From Planctomycetota bacterium (GTDB lineage: Bacteria; Planctomycetota; MHYJ01; WSZJ01), in NCBI GenBank assembly GCA_038060895.1, contig JBBTCT010000006.1, positions 60,600 through 124,599 of the forward strand: 64,000 nucleotides of DNA, written 5' to 3'. Below the pieces are notes generated by a model. That model was not told the origin of the DNA, ran no database searches, and was given only the letters and a program-made list of their open reading frames with translations. A program made the position numbers and the translations under genes. This document shows, piece after piece, positions 17,478-26,655 of the stretch; the first letter of the stretch is position 1, and each line of letters opens with the position of its first letter.

Positions 17478-18002
17478 ATGAGCACTCTGGGAGTTCATGT
17501 TGCCCTGAACGACGACGAGCTGAAGCGCGTGCTCGAGGCTCCCGACCCGGACTCGCTTCTCGAATTCGTCCGCGAAGTCGTGGAGGACGCCGGCGTGGAG
17601 GGCGACGAGTGGTCGCATCACACGGAGACGTCGTGGAACGCGATTCACCGCTGCCTCACGAACGGCCGGCTTGAATACGAGGCGGGCCCCTGGCCGCTGG
17701 CCTACGGGGTCCTCGGTGGCCAGCACCTCTACGGCGGAGACAGGGACGACGTCGTCATGCTGGTGCTTCCCGACCAGGTGGCGGAAGCGGCGCAGGCGCT
17801 GGGAGGCGTTTCGAAGGACTGGCTTCGCGAGAAGTATTTCGGGATGGATGCGGAGGCGTGCGGGTTCGCGCTGAAGGAAGCGCACTTTGAGGACACATGG
17901 GAGAATTTCTCCGGGCTACCCGGGTTCTTCACTCGCGCGGCGGCAGCGGGGCGGGCGGTCATTTTTGCCTCGAAAGAAGGGGACCGGGAGGAAGAGGAGT
18001 AA
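17478..18002 (+). CDS. YfbM / DUF1877 family protein
   Basis: SWNAIHRCLTNG, VLGGQHL, PDQVAEAAQAL, FFTRAAAAGRAVIF; GGAGG RBS. Confidence 0.85.
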   Translation: MSTLGVHVALNDDELKRVLEAPDPDSLLEFVREVVEDAGVEGDEWSHHTETSWNAIHRCLTNGRLEYEAGPWPLAYGVLGGQHLYGGDRDDVVMLVLPDQVAEAAQALGGVSKDWLREKYFGMDAEACGFALKEAHFEDTWENFSGLPGFFTRAAAAGRAVIFASKEGDREEEE

Positions 18003-18367
18003 GGAGAGGGGCGGACGCTCATTCCACAGGTTTTCCACATACGGGGGAAAAGGGGCAGGGTCCCTCTCGCGGCGCGTCATCCGGGACGTAACTCGTTGTA
18101 ATTGAAGCGGTTATGCAAGAGCGTAAAGCCGTGCTCCACGCAGCCTCGGCGCTTCGTCTCCAGGCTTGTTCACATTTCGGTCCGGCAGGGGGACTCTTCC
18201 GAGGGAGACCCTCCATAAACGCACCGTCGCATCGCACCCGCACCCCTTAAATGCCCTCTCCAGGGTGCCCCGGGGATGGCCCTGCGGGCCGTTTTGACGC
18301 AACGCGTCAATTCCGGCGCAACTCACCGCACTTTCCGCACGCTCTTCGCGCGGGTTAGCATCCGGGC

Positions 18368-20341
18368 GTGAAGCGCTTCCTTCCCGCCGTCCCGCTCGTG
18401 GCGTTTTTCGTCGCGGCGCTGGCGACGCTGGGGCGGCTTGAAGCCTTCGGTGCGCTGGGCGGCTGGGCGCTGACCGCGGCGCTCGAAGGCGCCACCGTCG
18501 CGCTTTTCTGGGGAGGAGCGCTCGGGCTGGGGCGGTTGGCCGGCGCCGCAGTCCTCGGCCGCGGGCCCGATCCATTCGATGCGAGCCGCGCTCCCGCAGC
18601 AGCGCGCTTCGCTCTCGAAGGCGGGCTCGGCTTCGCCGCGCTTATGACGGCCCTCCACCTTCTCGGACTTGCCGGACTCATCTTCGCTCCGGTGGTCGTG
18701 ATCCTACTCCTCGGGGGCTGTGTCGCGGCACTCGTCGGGCGCGACCTGAAATCGCTGCCGGGGCGCGCGGCTTCCATTTTTTCGCACCCCGGCGTCGCAA
18801 TCGCCGCGCCGCTCGTCGCGGTCCTCCTGGTCGCCGCGTCCTTTCCTCCCGGGATGCTTTGGCCCTCAGAAGCCAAAGGCTACGACGCCCTCGAGTACCA
18901 CCTGCAGGTGCCCCGGGAGTGGCTTGCGTCCGGTGCGATCCGCGCGCTTCCCCACAACCTGTACGGCTACCTTCCGCTCAACTTCGAAATGCTCACGCTG
19001 GGAATGTTCTCGCTTCGCGGCGGGGCGTTCGAAGGAATGCTCGGCGCACAGTGGCTGCACGCTTCATTCGCGGTCGGGACCGCGGCGCTTCTCGGTCTCT
19101 GGGCCGGCGCCCGCGCGGGCTCCCCGGTCGCAGGAGCCGCAGCGGCGGCGACGTACCTCTGCGTCCCCTGGAATCTCGTGACCGGGTCGCTCGCCTACAA
19201 CGAGCAGGCGGCGGCGTTCCTCGGCCTGGGCGCGCTCGTCCTCCTCTGGGAGGGGCCGATGACGCACCGCGTCATGGCCGCCGCAGGCCTCTGCGCCGGC
19301 GCCGCCGTCGGGACCAAGCTCACCGCGGCCGGATTCCTGTTTCTCCCGGCGCTCGCCGCCGCGGCGGCATTCCGGGATCGCGAACCCGCCGCACCGCGCA
19401 CGCCGCCGAAACGGCTCGCCCTCGCCGCGCTCGTCTTCTGCGCGGCCGGCCTCCTCGTCCACGCACCCTACCTCGTGCGCAACGCCGCCTGGACCGGCAA
19501 CCCGGTCTTTCCCTTCGCGACTCGCGTCCTCGGCCGCGCCCATTGGGGCGAGACGCAAGAGTGGCGCTTCATCAACGGACATTTTCCCCGCGCCTCCGCG
19601 GGAGATCGAGTGACCGCTCTCTGGAAGAGCGGCGTCGGCGACCCGGGATACGGCTTCGCCTGGCTGGCCGCCGTGCTCGCGGGACTTGGACTCGCGCTCT
19701 CGAAGCGGCCGACGCGGGCGCTCGCCGCCGGGGCCGGCGTGTTTGCGCTGATGCAGATCCTGTTCTGGATCAGCGCGACCCACCTCCAGCCGCGCTTCCT
19801 GCAACCGCTCACCATCCCCCTCGCTTTCGCCGCGGGGCTCGGCGCCGCCGCGATCCCCGCACGCTTCGCCTGGCCCGCCGTATCGCTTCTCGCGATCGGG
19901 CATACGGCCTGGCACGGCCAGCTCCTGTGGCGCGGGGCAGAAGCGGGTTCTCCGCCCACCGCGGCCGTCGCGCTTGCGGAACCGATGTTTCTCGCGGAGA
20001 AATTCGAGGGGCTCAAGGGCCACAAGGCTCTTCTCGTCGCCGAGGCGCGGGCCTTCTACGTCCCGGGCGCGTGCGTCTACGCCGACCCGTTCGAGACAAG
20101 CCCGTTCGCGCGCTTCTGGCGCGCCGCGGGCGGCGATCCCGCGAAGGCGCTCGCAGCGATGCGCGCTTCCGGCATCACGCTCGTCATCGCGAACTGGGAC
20201 GAGGCGGAGCGGCTGAAGCGGACCTACGGGCTGGATCCGGAGATCACGCGGGGGAATTTCGAGCGGCTCGTCGGGGCGGGGGCGAAGCGCCTTGAGTCGC
20301 CGGACCCGATCGTTGAGATTCTCGAGCTCTCGCCACGGTAA
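18368..20341 (+). CDS. Polytopic membrane GT-C-like glycosyltransferase (ArnT/PMT-like)
   Basis: More than 10 TM helices; YDALEYHLQVP loop, GTKLTA, RNAAWTGNPVFPF, PRFLQP motifs. Confidence 0.75.
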   Translation: MKRFLPAVPLVAFFVAALATLGRLEAFGALGGWALTAALEGATVALFWGGALGLGRLAGAAVLGRGPDPFDASRAPAAARFALEGGLGFAALMTALHLLGLAGLIFAPVVVILLLGGCVAALVGRDLKSLPGRAASIFSHPGVAIAAPLVAVLLVAASFPPGMLWPSEAKGYDALEYHLQVPREWLASGAIRALPHNLYGYLPLNFEMLTLGMFSLRGGAFEGMLGAQWLHASFAVGTAALLGLWAGARAGSPVAGAAAAATYLCVPWNLVTGSLAYNEQAAAFLGLGALVLLWEGPMTHRVMAAAGLCAGAAVGTKLTAAGFLFLPALAAAAAFRDREPAAPRTPPKRLALAALVFCAAGLLVHAPYLVRNAAWTGNPVFPFATRVLGRAHWGETQEWRFINGHFPRASAGDRVTALWKSGVGDPGYGFAWLAAVLAGLGLALSKRPTRALAAGAGVFALMQILFWISATHLQPRFLQPLTIPLAFAAGLGAAAIPARFAWPAVSLLAIGHTAWHGQLLWRGAEAGSPPTAAVALAEPMFLAEKFEGLKGHKALLVAEARAFYVPGACVYADPFETSPFARFWRAAGGDPAKALAAMRASGITLVIANWDEAERLKRTYGLDPEITRGNFERLVGAGAKRLESPDPIVEILELSPR

Positions 20342-20372
20342 GATCCGGCCTTCCCGAATTCCGGAGCCCACG

Positions 20373-21800
20373 ATGCGACTGCTGCCTGCCGCGTTTTTCA
20401 CTTTCTTCGCGATCTCCACCGCGCTCGCCCAGGTCGCTCCCGACCCGAAGAAGGACTTCGACCAGAAGATGAAGGCGGCGGGGGAGAAGGTGGCGCGCGA
20501 GCACGTGACGCTGGGGAAGTTCTGCACGGGGAAGAAGCTGCACGCCGAGGCGCTGATCGAGTATCGGCGCGCGCTGTCGCTGGACGCGGGGTGTACGGAC
20601 GCGAAAAAGGGGCTGATGTGGAAGTACGAGGGGGGCGCGTGGGTCGAGGACCCTTCGGCGAAGATCAAGGACCGGAACGAGGGTTCGCCGGACGTGGTCG
20701 AGAAGGCGCACGACGAGTACTACGCGAAGAGGCAGCCGGCGCGCGACCGGTGCGCGAAGGAATACGCCACCGTTGCGGAGTGGGCGGCGAAAAAGGGACT
20801 GAAGGCGGAGGCGAAGCTGGCGTGGAAGAGCGTCCTGTACTACGACGAGACGAGCGACAAGGCGCGCGAAGGATGCGGCTGGGTCAAGGACGGGAGCGCC
20901 TGGGTCTGCCCGGGGGACGCCGAGAGGCGCGCCGCGGAGACGAAACGGATCGCGGCGGCCGACGCCGGCAAGAAGGTCAGCGAGGGAAGCGATCTGGAGA
21001 TGAAGACCGGGTGGGCGCTCGCGAAGCGGCACTCGAAGTACTTCCAGTTCGAGGGCATGTTCTCCGACGGCGAACTGACGACGCTGATAAAGACGTGCGA
21101 GGCGGCGCGCCTGTCGTTCCTGGAGACATTCGAGTTGCCCGCGGACGCGCTGGAGGCGCCGGTGCACGGCGTGTTTCTCAAATCGAAGGACGACCACAAG
21201 GCCTTCCTCTCGAAATTCGTGGGTCTGACCGGGCGCGAGTTCGACCAGATCAACGCCATGTCCGGCTGGACGAAGTTCGACCCGCTGACCTTTGAAGTCC
21301 GGCAGGGCGAAAACGAGTTCTCGCTCATGGGCGACTGGGCCGTGCACTGCACGATCGAGTTCTACTGGGCGAACCAATTCGGCATCGAGAACTGCCCACC
21401 ATGGCTGGGAGAGGGGATCCCGTACTGGTTCACGTACTTCCTCACGAAGTCCGCCATGACGAACTGCATCGCGTTCGAGACGGCGGCCCAGGGAGGCGTG
21501 AGCTGGGACGATGTCCTGGACTGGAAAGTCCTCGTCAAGGACCTCGTGAAGTCCGGAAAGAATCCGCCGATCCGCGACGTGCTCGAAGCGCGACTCAACG
21601 CCCTCGACGGCCCCAAAGGCGTGAAAGGGTGGAGCCTCGTGGAGTGGATGCTCGCCGCGCGCAAGAAGGAGTTCTTCGAATTCGTGAAGGCTCTGGCGGG
21701 CGGCGCCTCGCAGGAAGACGCGATCAAGACGGCGTTCGGCGTGGCGAGCTTTGCGGAGCTGGACGCGCAGTGGGTGGCGTACGTGCTGGAGAACTACTGA
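20373..21800 (+). CDS. Exported DUF1570/peptidase-MA-like protein without intact HEXXH
   Basis: Signal peptide, helical N-domain, PPWLGEG and GWSLVEWM motifs; HCTIE in place of HExxH. Confidence 0.65.
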   Translation: MRLLPAAFFTFFAISTALAQVAPDPKKDFDQKMKAAGEKVAREHVTLGKFCTGKKLHAEALIEYRRALSLDAGCTDAKKGLMWKYEGGAWVEDPSAKIKDRNEGSPDVVEKAHDEYYAKRQPARDRCAKEYATVAEWAAKKGLKAEAKLAWKSVLYYDETSDKAREGCGWVKDGSAWVCPGDAERRAAETKRIAAADAGKKVSEGSDLEMKTGWALAKRHSKYFQFEGMFSDGELTTLIKTCEAARLSFLETFELPADALEAPVHGVFLKSKDDHKAFLSKFVGLTGREFDQINAMSGWTKFDPLTFEVRQGENEFSLMGDWAVHCTIEFYWANQFGIENCPPWLGEGIPYWFTYFLTKSAMTNCIAFETAAQGGVSWDDVLDWKVLVKDLVKSGKNPPIRDVLEARLNALDGPKGVKGWSLVEWMLAARKKEFFEFVKALAGGASQEDAIKTAFGVASFAELDAQWVAYVLENY

Positions 21801-21804
21801 CGGA

Positions 21805-22944
21805 TCAGCGTTCGTAGGTAGTAGACGCTTCCGAAAATCCCCTCACCTCGTCCGGCGATTTCCCGGGAAACGCTTCGAGCTTCAGTTTCCGGGCTTCGAC
21901 GAGTTGCACGAGCAGTACGCCCATGGAGCGCGGATCCATCCCCTCGAACGGCTTCGCGCCGTTCGGTTTCACGATCATGACGAGGTCGTACTTCACAACA
22001 CCCGCTTCTTTGCCGACGGTCGCGGGGTCCGGGCCATTGCCGCGAACGCCGAACTGCTGGCACTTGCCGCCCCAGTCGCCGAGCGAGACCACGATCTTGT
22101 CCGCGTCGATGTGGTGGTAGACGAAGGAGGCGTGGCCGGCCCAGTAGCCGCGCTTGTCGCCGCCGCCCGCGTAGCCGTTCGTGCCGGCGAGGAACCAGTT
22201 GCCCACGAGCTTTCCGTCGACGTCGAAATCGATCTTCCCGCCGCGCGGCCCCTTCGTCCGCGGGTTGATCGCAAGGAGCTGCGTCCGGACCGGTTCGGTG
22301 AAATAGTCGAAGGGGTCGACGGTGTGGATTTTCCAGGGCTCCCGTTCGTAGTGTTCTGGTATCGCGAATCCCTGGAGCGTGACCTCCGTGTTCACGGCGC
22401 CAAAATCCAGCGTGCGCGTTCCGATTTTCCCGATCCGCTGGCCCGCCTTGACCGCGACTCGTCCCGTCAGGCGCTGCCCGCCGCCCTCCGGTGTCATTCC
22501 CTTCGTGATGGCCTCTTCTACGCTCGTGAGCAGATCGTAGTAGGTGTAAAACGTCCCCGTGTGTTCGAGCACCAGCCGCCAGTCGTCGTACTCGTGCCCT
22601 GCGGAGTCCGTCCCCTCCATCCGTGTGCGATGCTCGATCAGTACGACCTTTCCGTCCGCCGGAGCGAGGACGTCGAACTGGTCCCGCTTCGTTTCACGCA
22701 TGTTCTTCGGCACGAGGTACGCATGGTCGATTGGCGTCACGTGCTCCCCGACCATCAGGCCGTAGGGGACGTAGGTCTCCAGCGCCGATGGGTCCATCGG
22801 CGAAACCGTCAGTTTCACACTCCCGCGGCCTTCCGCCTTTCCGCGGCTCCACATCTCCGCCAGGCTCGGGGGGCGCCCACCCTGCGCCCATGCCGGCAAC
22901 GCTCCGGCGGCGATCACGATGAGGGCGGCCGCGAGTGACTTCAC
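21805..22944 (-). CDS. Exported hypothetical protein with M23/LytM-like beta fold
   Basis: Signal peptide from GTG 22944 with GGAG RBS; HVTPIDHAY, VLAPADGKV, VAVKAGQRIGKIG. Confidence 0.7.
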   Translation of the reverse strand: MKSLAAALIVIAAGALPAWAQGGRPPSLAEMWSRGKAEGRGSVKLTVSPMDPSALETYVPYGLMVGEHVTPIDHAYLVPKNMRETKRDQFDVLAPADGKVVLIEHRTRMEGTDSAGHEYDDWRLVLEHTGTFYTYYDLLTSVEEAITKGMTPEGGGQRLTGRVAVKAGQRIGKIGTRTLDFGAVNTEVTLQGFAIPEHYEREPWKIHTVDPFDYFTEPVRTQLLAINPRTKGPRGGKIDFDVDGKLVGNWFLAGTNGYAGGGDKRGYWAGHASFVYHHIDADKIVVSLGDWGGKCQQFGVRGNGPDPATVGKEAGVVKYDLVMIVKPNGAKPFEGMDPRSMGVLLVQLVEARKLKLEAFPGKSPDEVRGFSEASTTYER

Positions 22945-23006
22945 AGGGTTCTCCTCCAGGGGGACGCATGCAGGAACGCGTCGCCCGGCGGAAAATTGTC
23001 CCCGAC

Positions 23007-23330
23007 TTACCCCTCGAGCTTCGCCGCCAGGATGAAGTCGTTGTCCGACAGCCCGCCGACCGAGTGCGTCCAGATCTCCAGCTTCACACGCCCCCAGCCG
23101 AGGTGGATGTCCGGGTGATGCCCCTCGCGCTCGGCGATCTCGCCCACCTTGTTCGTGAAGGCGAGCGCCTCCTTGAAATTCGGGAACTTGAACTCCTTCT
23201 CGAGCTTCGTGCCGCCGGTGATCTTCCAGTCCCCGGGGAGCTCGGCGAGAAGCGACTTCGCCGCCGCGGAGTCGAGAGCGGGCGTTCCCTTCTTGCACGG
23301 TTTGCAGCTGCGGGAATTCAGTGAGCTCAT
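23007..23330 (-). CDS. phhB: Pterin-4-alpha-carbinolamine dehydratase
   Basis: AEREGHHPDI, IWTHSVGGLSDNDFILAAK. Confidence 0.95.
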   Translation of the reverse strand: MSSLNSRSCKPCKKGTPALDSAAAKSLLAELPGDWKITGGTKLEKEFKFPNFKEALAFTNKVGEIAEREGHHPDIHLGWGRVKLEIWTHSVGGLSDNDFILAAKLEG

Positions 23331-23356
23331 GGATCGGCCTCCCATCGAAAGTAGTC

Positions 23357-24313
23357 TTACTCCGTCCCGCCCGACTCGACACGCTTCATGGCTTCGATCA
23401 GCTTGCCCTTCACGAACTCGTCCTTCTCCGACCGCATTCTCTCCCGGATCCACGCGGCGTCCGAAGGCTTCTGCATCGAAGAAAGCGCTTCGACGGCAAA
23501 TCCGCGTACGGTGGCGTCGGGGTCGTCGAGAAGCGGCCTCAGGTCGGCGCGGGTGGAGCGATCGCCGATGCGGCCGAGGGCGGAGATGGCGTGGAGACGG
23601 GCGCGGCGGTCGGGGTCGCGGAGCTTCGCGACGAGCGCGCCGGTGGAGCTGAGAGCCTCGAGGGCGTACTGGGCGGCAAAGCGGACCGTGGCCGTCTTGT
23701 CGGACAGGAACGAGAGAAGCGCTTCCTGTGCGAGCCTGCCCCCGATGGCGCCGAGGGTGGCCACGGCTGTGAATCTTCCGCGTTCTGTAACCGTGGCGTC
23801 GCGGGCCATCTCAGCGATGTCGGGGACGCAGGACTCGGCTTTGAGCGCGCCCAGGGCGGCCAGCGCGCCGCCGCGGGCCTCCTTGTCCTTGAGGAGCGGT
23901 GCGATCCGGTCGGCCGCTTCGGTTGCGCCCATCTGCCCGAGGAGGTCGGCGGCGTTTCGACGGGTCACGGCGTCCGTGGAGGTGAGGGCGTTGATGAGCC
24001 CGGCGAGGGCTTTGTTCCGGAGCTCAGGGCTCTGCGGTTTCTGGGTCGCGGTGCCGGCGATCCCGGTGATGACCATGCTCAATGCCCGCGTGATGATCGT
24101 GTCGGCGGCTGTGAGCTTGCCGGGGATGAGGAAATCGAGCGTAGGCGCCCCCGCTTCGATGAGCTTCTTCCGCGCCGCCGGCACCTTTTCAAGATTGGAT
24201 CCGACCTCCCAGAGGCAGGCGTCGCGCCACCAACCTTCAAGGTCGAGATCCTCTGCGCATGCCGTCCCCGACATGAACGCCGCCATGAACAGGCCGATCG
24301 TCGCAACTCTCAT
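23357..24313 (-). CDS. Exported HEAT-repeat protein
   Basis: Signal peptide; repeated RxxAAxxLGxxG / VRFAAxxAL units; ATGA overlap with the upstream gene. Confidence 0.85.
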   Translation of the reverse strand: MRVATIGLFMAAFMSGTACAEDLDLEGWWRDACLWEVGSNLEKVPAARKKLIEAGAPTLDFLIPGKLTAADTIITRALSMVITGIAGTATQKPQSPELRNKALAGLINALTSTDAVTRRNAADLLGQMGATEAADRIAPLLKDKEARGGALAALGALKAESCVPDIAEMARDATVTERGRFTAVATLGAIGGRLAQEALLSFLSDKTATVRFAAQYALEALSSTGALVAKLRDPDRRARLHAISALGRIGDRSTRADLRPLLDDPDATVRGFAVEALSSMQKPSDAAWIRERMRSEKDEFVKGKLIEAMKRVESGGTE

Positions 24314-26124
24314 TTCGCTTCCTCGCAATCCAGGCCGACGCCGAGCGTGGTTTTCGTCCACGCCGTGCCGTCCCTCCCGCCCTGCGAGTACTTGTCCTTC
24401 CCGCCGAGATCCAGCAGCACGCCAAGCCCGAACGTCCCGCGGCTCTGGAACGAGAATCCCTGGCACTCCGGCCGGACGCCGGAGTAAGCGTCGTCGCCCG
24501 CGCGGTCGATGAGGATCCCGAAGCCGTTCGCGTTCGCGCCGCCGTGCGTCATCCCCGCGCCCTGGTAGTAGTCGTTCCCCGCGAGGTCGAGCAGCATACC
24601 CGCCGCCCAGTCGTGGCCGCACCCTTGCGCGACGCCGTTGTTGCACGAATACGCGTCGTTGCCCGCGCGGTCGAAGAGCGCCGCGCTCGACAGGTGAATT
24701 CCCGATCCCTGACCGTACTGGTACAGGTCGTATTTGTCGTGCCCCGCCGAGTCGATGAGCAACCCGAGCGCAAACCAGTAGCTCGCCCCCTGCCCGAACA
24801 CTTCCGCCGTGTACTGGTCGTTCCCCGCGTGGTCCGCGAGGATCCCTATGCCGCCCGAAACGTTCGGCCTCAGTCCGAACCCGAATCCCTGCGAGAGCGA
24901 CTGGAAATTCTCCGGCAGAAGCGGCGCATGCGAGTACTTGCCGCCCGCGTAGTAAGTGTCGTTCCCCGCGACGTCCGACAGGACGCCCAGTCCCTTGACC
25001 CCCCCGAAGCCCTGCACGTGCCGCGCCCCGCGATACCCGTCGTCTCCCGCGAGGTCGAACAGCATCCCCACGCCGTAGAACGCCGAGCCCTGCGAGCACT
25101 GGTCCGCCTCGTAGCGGTCGTCCCCCGCGACATCGACGAGCAGCGACGCCCCGAAAGCCGCCCCGCCCTGCGCGATGTTCTTGTCGATGTAGCGATCGTT
25201 TCCCGCCAGATCCACGATCAGCCCGATCGCAACCATGCCCTTGCCGCACCCGCGATACGTGTCGTCGCCGCCGAGGTCCAGGACGAAGCGGCACCCCGTG
25301 TATTCGTCGTCTCCCCCCGCGTCGATCACGAGGTCCGCCGTGTGCCGGTCCGGCCCGGGCCCGCCGATCGCAACCGTCAGCCCCTTCAGTTCCGGGTATG
25401 CCGCCATGTTCGGCAGCCTCCACGTGTCCGACTTCCACGCCGCGCCGTCGATCTTCGCCGCCGCGCTTCGCAGCATTTTCACGGCACCGGCCAGCGCCGC
25501 TTCGGCGCGCACCAGGCCCGCGAGGTCGATCTTCTTTGCCACCGCCAGCACCGCCGTGCTGTCCCACGCTTCTTCCGATTCGTCCGCATAGAGCCGCACG
25601 CCGTCCTTCGCGAGCGATGCTTCGTCGGCATCGTCGAGCGCTTCCATTGCCGAAAGGCGCTGGGATTCAGCGAAACGCCATTCGCGGAGCGCCGCGAGCA
25701 TGATGTCGCGCGCGGCGGCCGGCTGGATGGGGAGCTCCATCCCGAACTTCTCGTCGCGCAGGACCTGGAGCTTCGCCGGCTCAAAGTCGAGCCACGCCGC
25801 GCCGTTGAGCACGGCCGCCGACGGGTCGTCGGCGAATTCCTTCTCCGCCCGCTGCGCGTAGTCCGCCAGCGCCAGCGGATGGTCGAGCGTGTCGTTCACG
25901 CACGCGAGCCGCCAGTCGTCGGAAAGCGGCCGCTTGTCCCACCCGAGGTCCTCAACCGAGAGATTCACGCAATCCAGCGCCTGCTCCAGACGCTTCAGGA
26001 CCGCCTTGTCGAGAAGGGGCCCCTCCGCCTTCGCCGTCGGCACTTCCTTCGGCGGATCCTCCGCGCGCAGCGCCACGCCGAAAGCCGCGGCCGCTGCGAA
26101 AAACAAAACGAGTCGCCGTTTCAT
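24310..26124 (-). CDS. Exported protein with about 10 D-x-x-G-x-D-x-Y repeats (Ca-binding beta-helix/roll-like)
   Basis: DAGGDDEY, DLGGDDTY, DLAGNDRY, DVAGDDRY, DHAGNDQY, etc., alternating with QG(x)G motifs; signal peptide. Confidence 0.85.
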   Translation of the reverse strand: MKRRLVLFFAAAAAFGVALRAEDPPKEVPTAKAEGPLLDKAVLKRLEQALDCVNLSVEDLGWDKRPLSDDWRLACVNDTLDHPLALADYAQRAEKEFADDPSAAVLNGAAWLDFEPAKLQVLRDEKFGMELPIQPAAARDIMLAALREWRFAESQRLSAMEALDDADEASLAKDGVRLYADESEEAWDSTAVLAVAKKIDLAGLVRAEAALAGAVKMLRSAAAKIDGAAWKSDTWRLPNMAAYPELKGLTVAIGGPGPDRHTADLVIDAGGDDEYTGCRFVLDLGGDDTYRGCGKGMVAIGLIVDLAGNDRYIDKNIAQGGAAFGASLLVDVAGDDRYEADQCSQGSAFYGVGMLFDLAGDDGYRGARHVQGFGGVKGLGVLSDVAGNDTYYAGGKYSHAPLLPENFQSLSQGFGFGLRPNVSGGIGILADHAGNDQYTAEVFGQGASYWFALGLLIDSAGHDKYDLYQYGQGSGIHLSSAALFDRAGNDAYSCNNGVAQGCGHDWAAGMLLDLAGNDYYQGAGMTHGGANANGFGILIDRAGDDAYSGVRPECQGFSFQSRGTFGLGVLLDLGGKDKYSQGGRDGTAWTKTTLGVGLDCEEAK

Positions 26125-26142
26125 GCCGTTATCCTACCCGGC

Positions 26143-26655
26143 GTGACCCTGCTGGCCGATCAATCGTCCATCTTCTACACCGGGCCGTTCTGGTTCCAGG
26201 TGGTCGGCTACGGCATGTTCTTCCTGGGGGCGCTGTACGCGGCCGCGCGGCTGCAGGCGGACGGGCTGGTGAAGCGCGCGTCGTGGCGCTACTGGCAGGT
26301 CGCGTGCCTCTGCCTGAGCCTGTGGACGCTGTCGCGGCTCGCGACGATCGCCCTCCCCGAGTCGAGCGACGTCGGCTCGATCATCGAGGCGGACGGGAAG
26401 CCGATCCGTGGAAACCCGAGCATCCAGGAGCAGCACCTGCCGGACGGGACCGTCGCGCCGGTGCGGTACTACCCGTTGACCGAGAAGGGCGACCCGCTGG
26501 CCGAAGGCGCGCGCTTCATTCCGATCGGCGGCCGCGGGGAGGTGTACTACTACCTGCAGTTCGACGTCATCCTGCTCCTGGCGGCCGGAGTGTTCGCGCT
26601 CCTCGCCCTGCACGACTCGAAGCACCCGGATGGGGAGGAGGCGGCCGATGCCTGA
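26143..26655 (+). CDS. Small membrane protein (3 TM) coupled to the GGDEF-like gene
   Basis: Hydrophobic helices, GC3-rich codons, GTG 7 nt after TATCCT; stop overlaps the next start. Confidence 0.65.
   Translation: MTLLADQSSIFYTGPFWFQVVGYGMFFLGALYAAARLQADGLVKRASWRYWQVACLCLSLWTLSRLATIALPESSDVGSIIEADGKPIRGNPSIQEQHLPDGTVAPVRYYPLTEKGDPLAEGARFIPIGGRGEVYYYLQFDVILLLAAGVFALLALHDSKHPDGEEAADA

Noticed and set aside
15221-17485. Long 754-aa minus-strand ORF and many similar shadow ORFs (e.g. 28197-29891, 47448-49235, 57419-59593, 61772-63343)
   Set aside because: Antisense or off-frame shadows of well-supported genes, expected in high-GC DNA; Arg/Pro/Gly-rich with no motifs
18003-18200. Chromosomal oriC
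   Set aside because: Only one perfect DnaA box, no clear DUE, and no dnaA, dnaN or gidA neighbours; retained only as a low-level finding
24314-25567. Apparent N-terminal extension of the HEAT protein (736-aa ORF)
   Set aside because: Off-frame shadow of the repeat-protein gene; the signal peptide and ATGA coupling define the start at 24313
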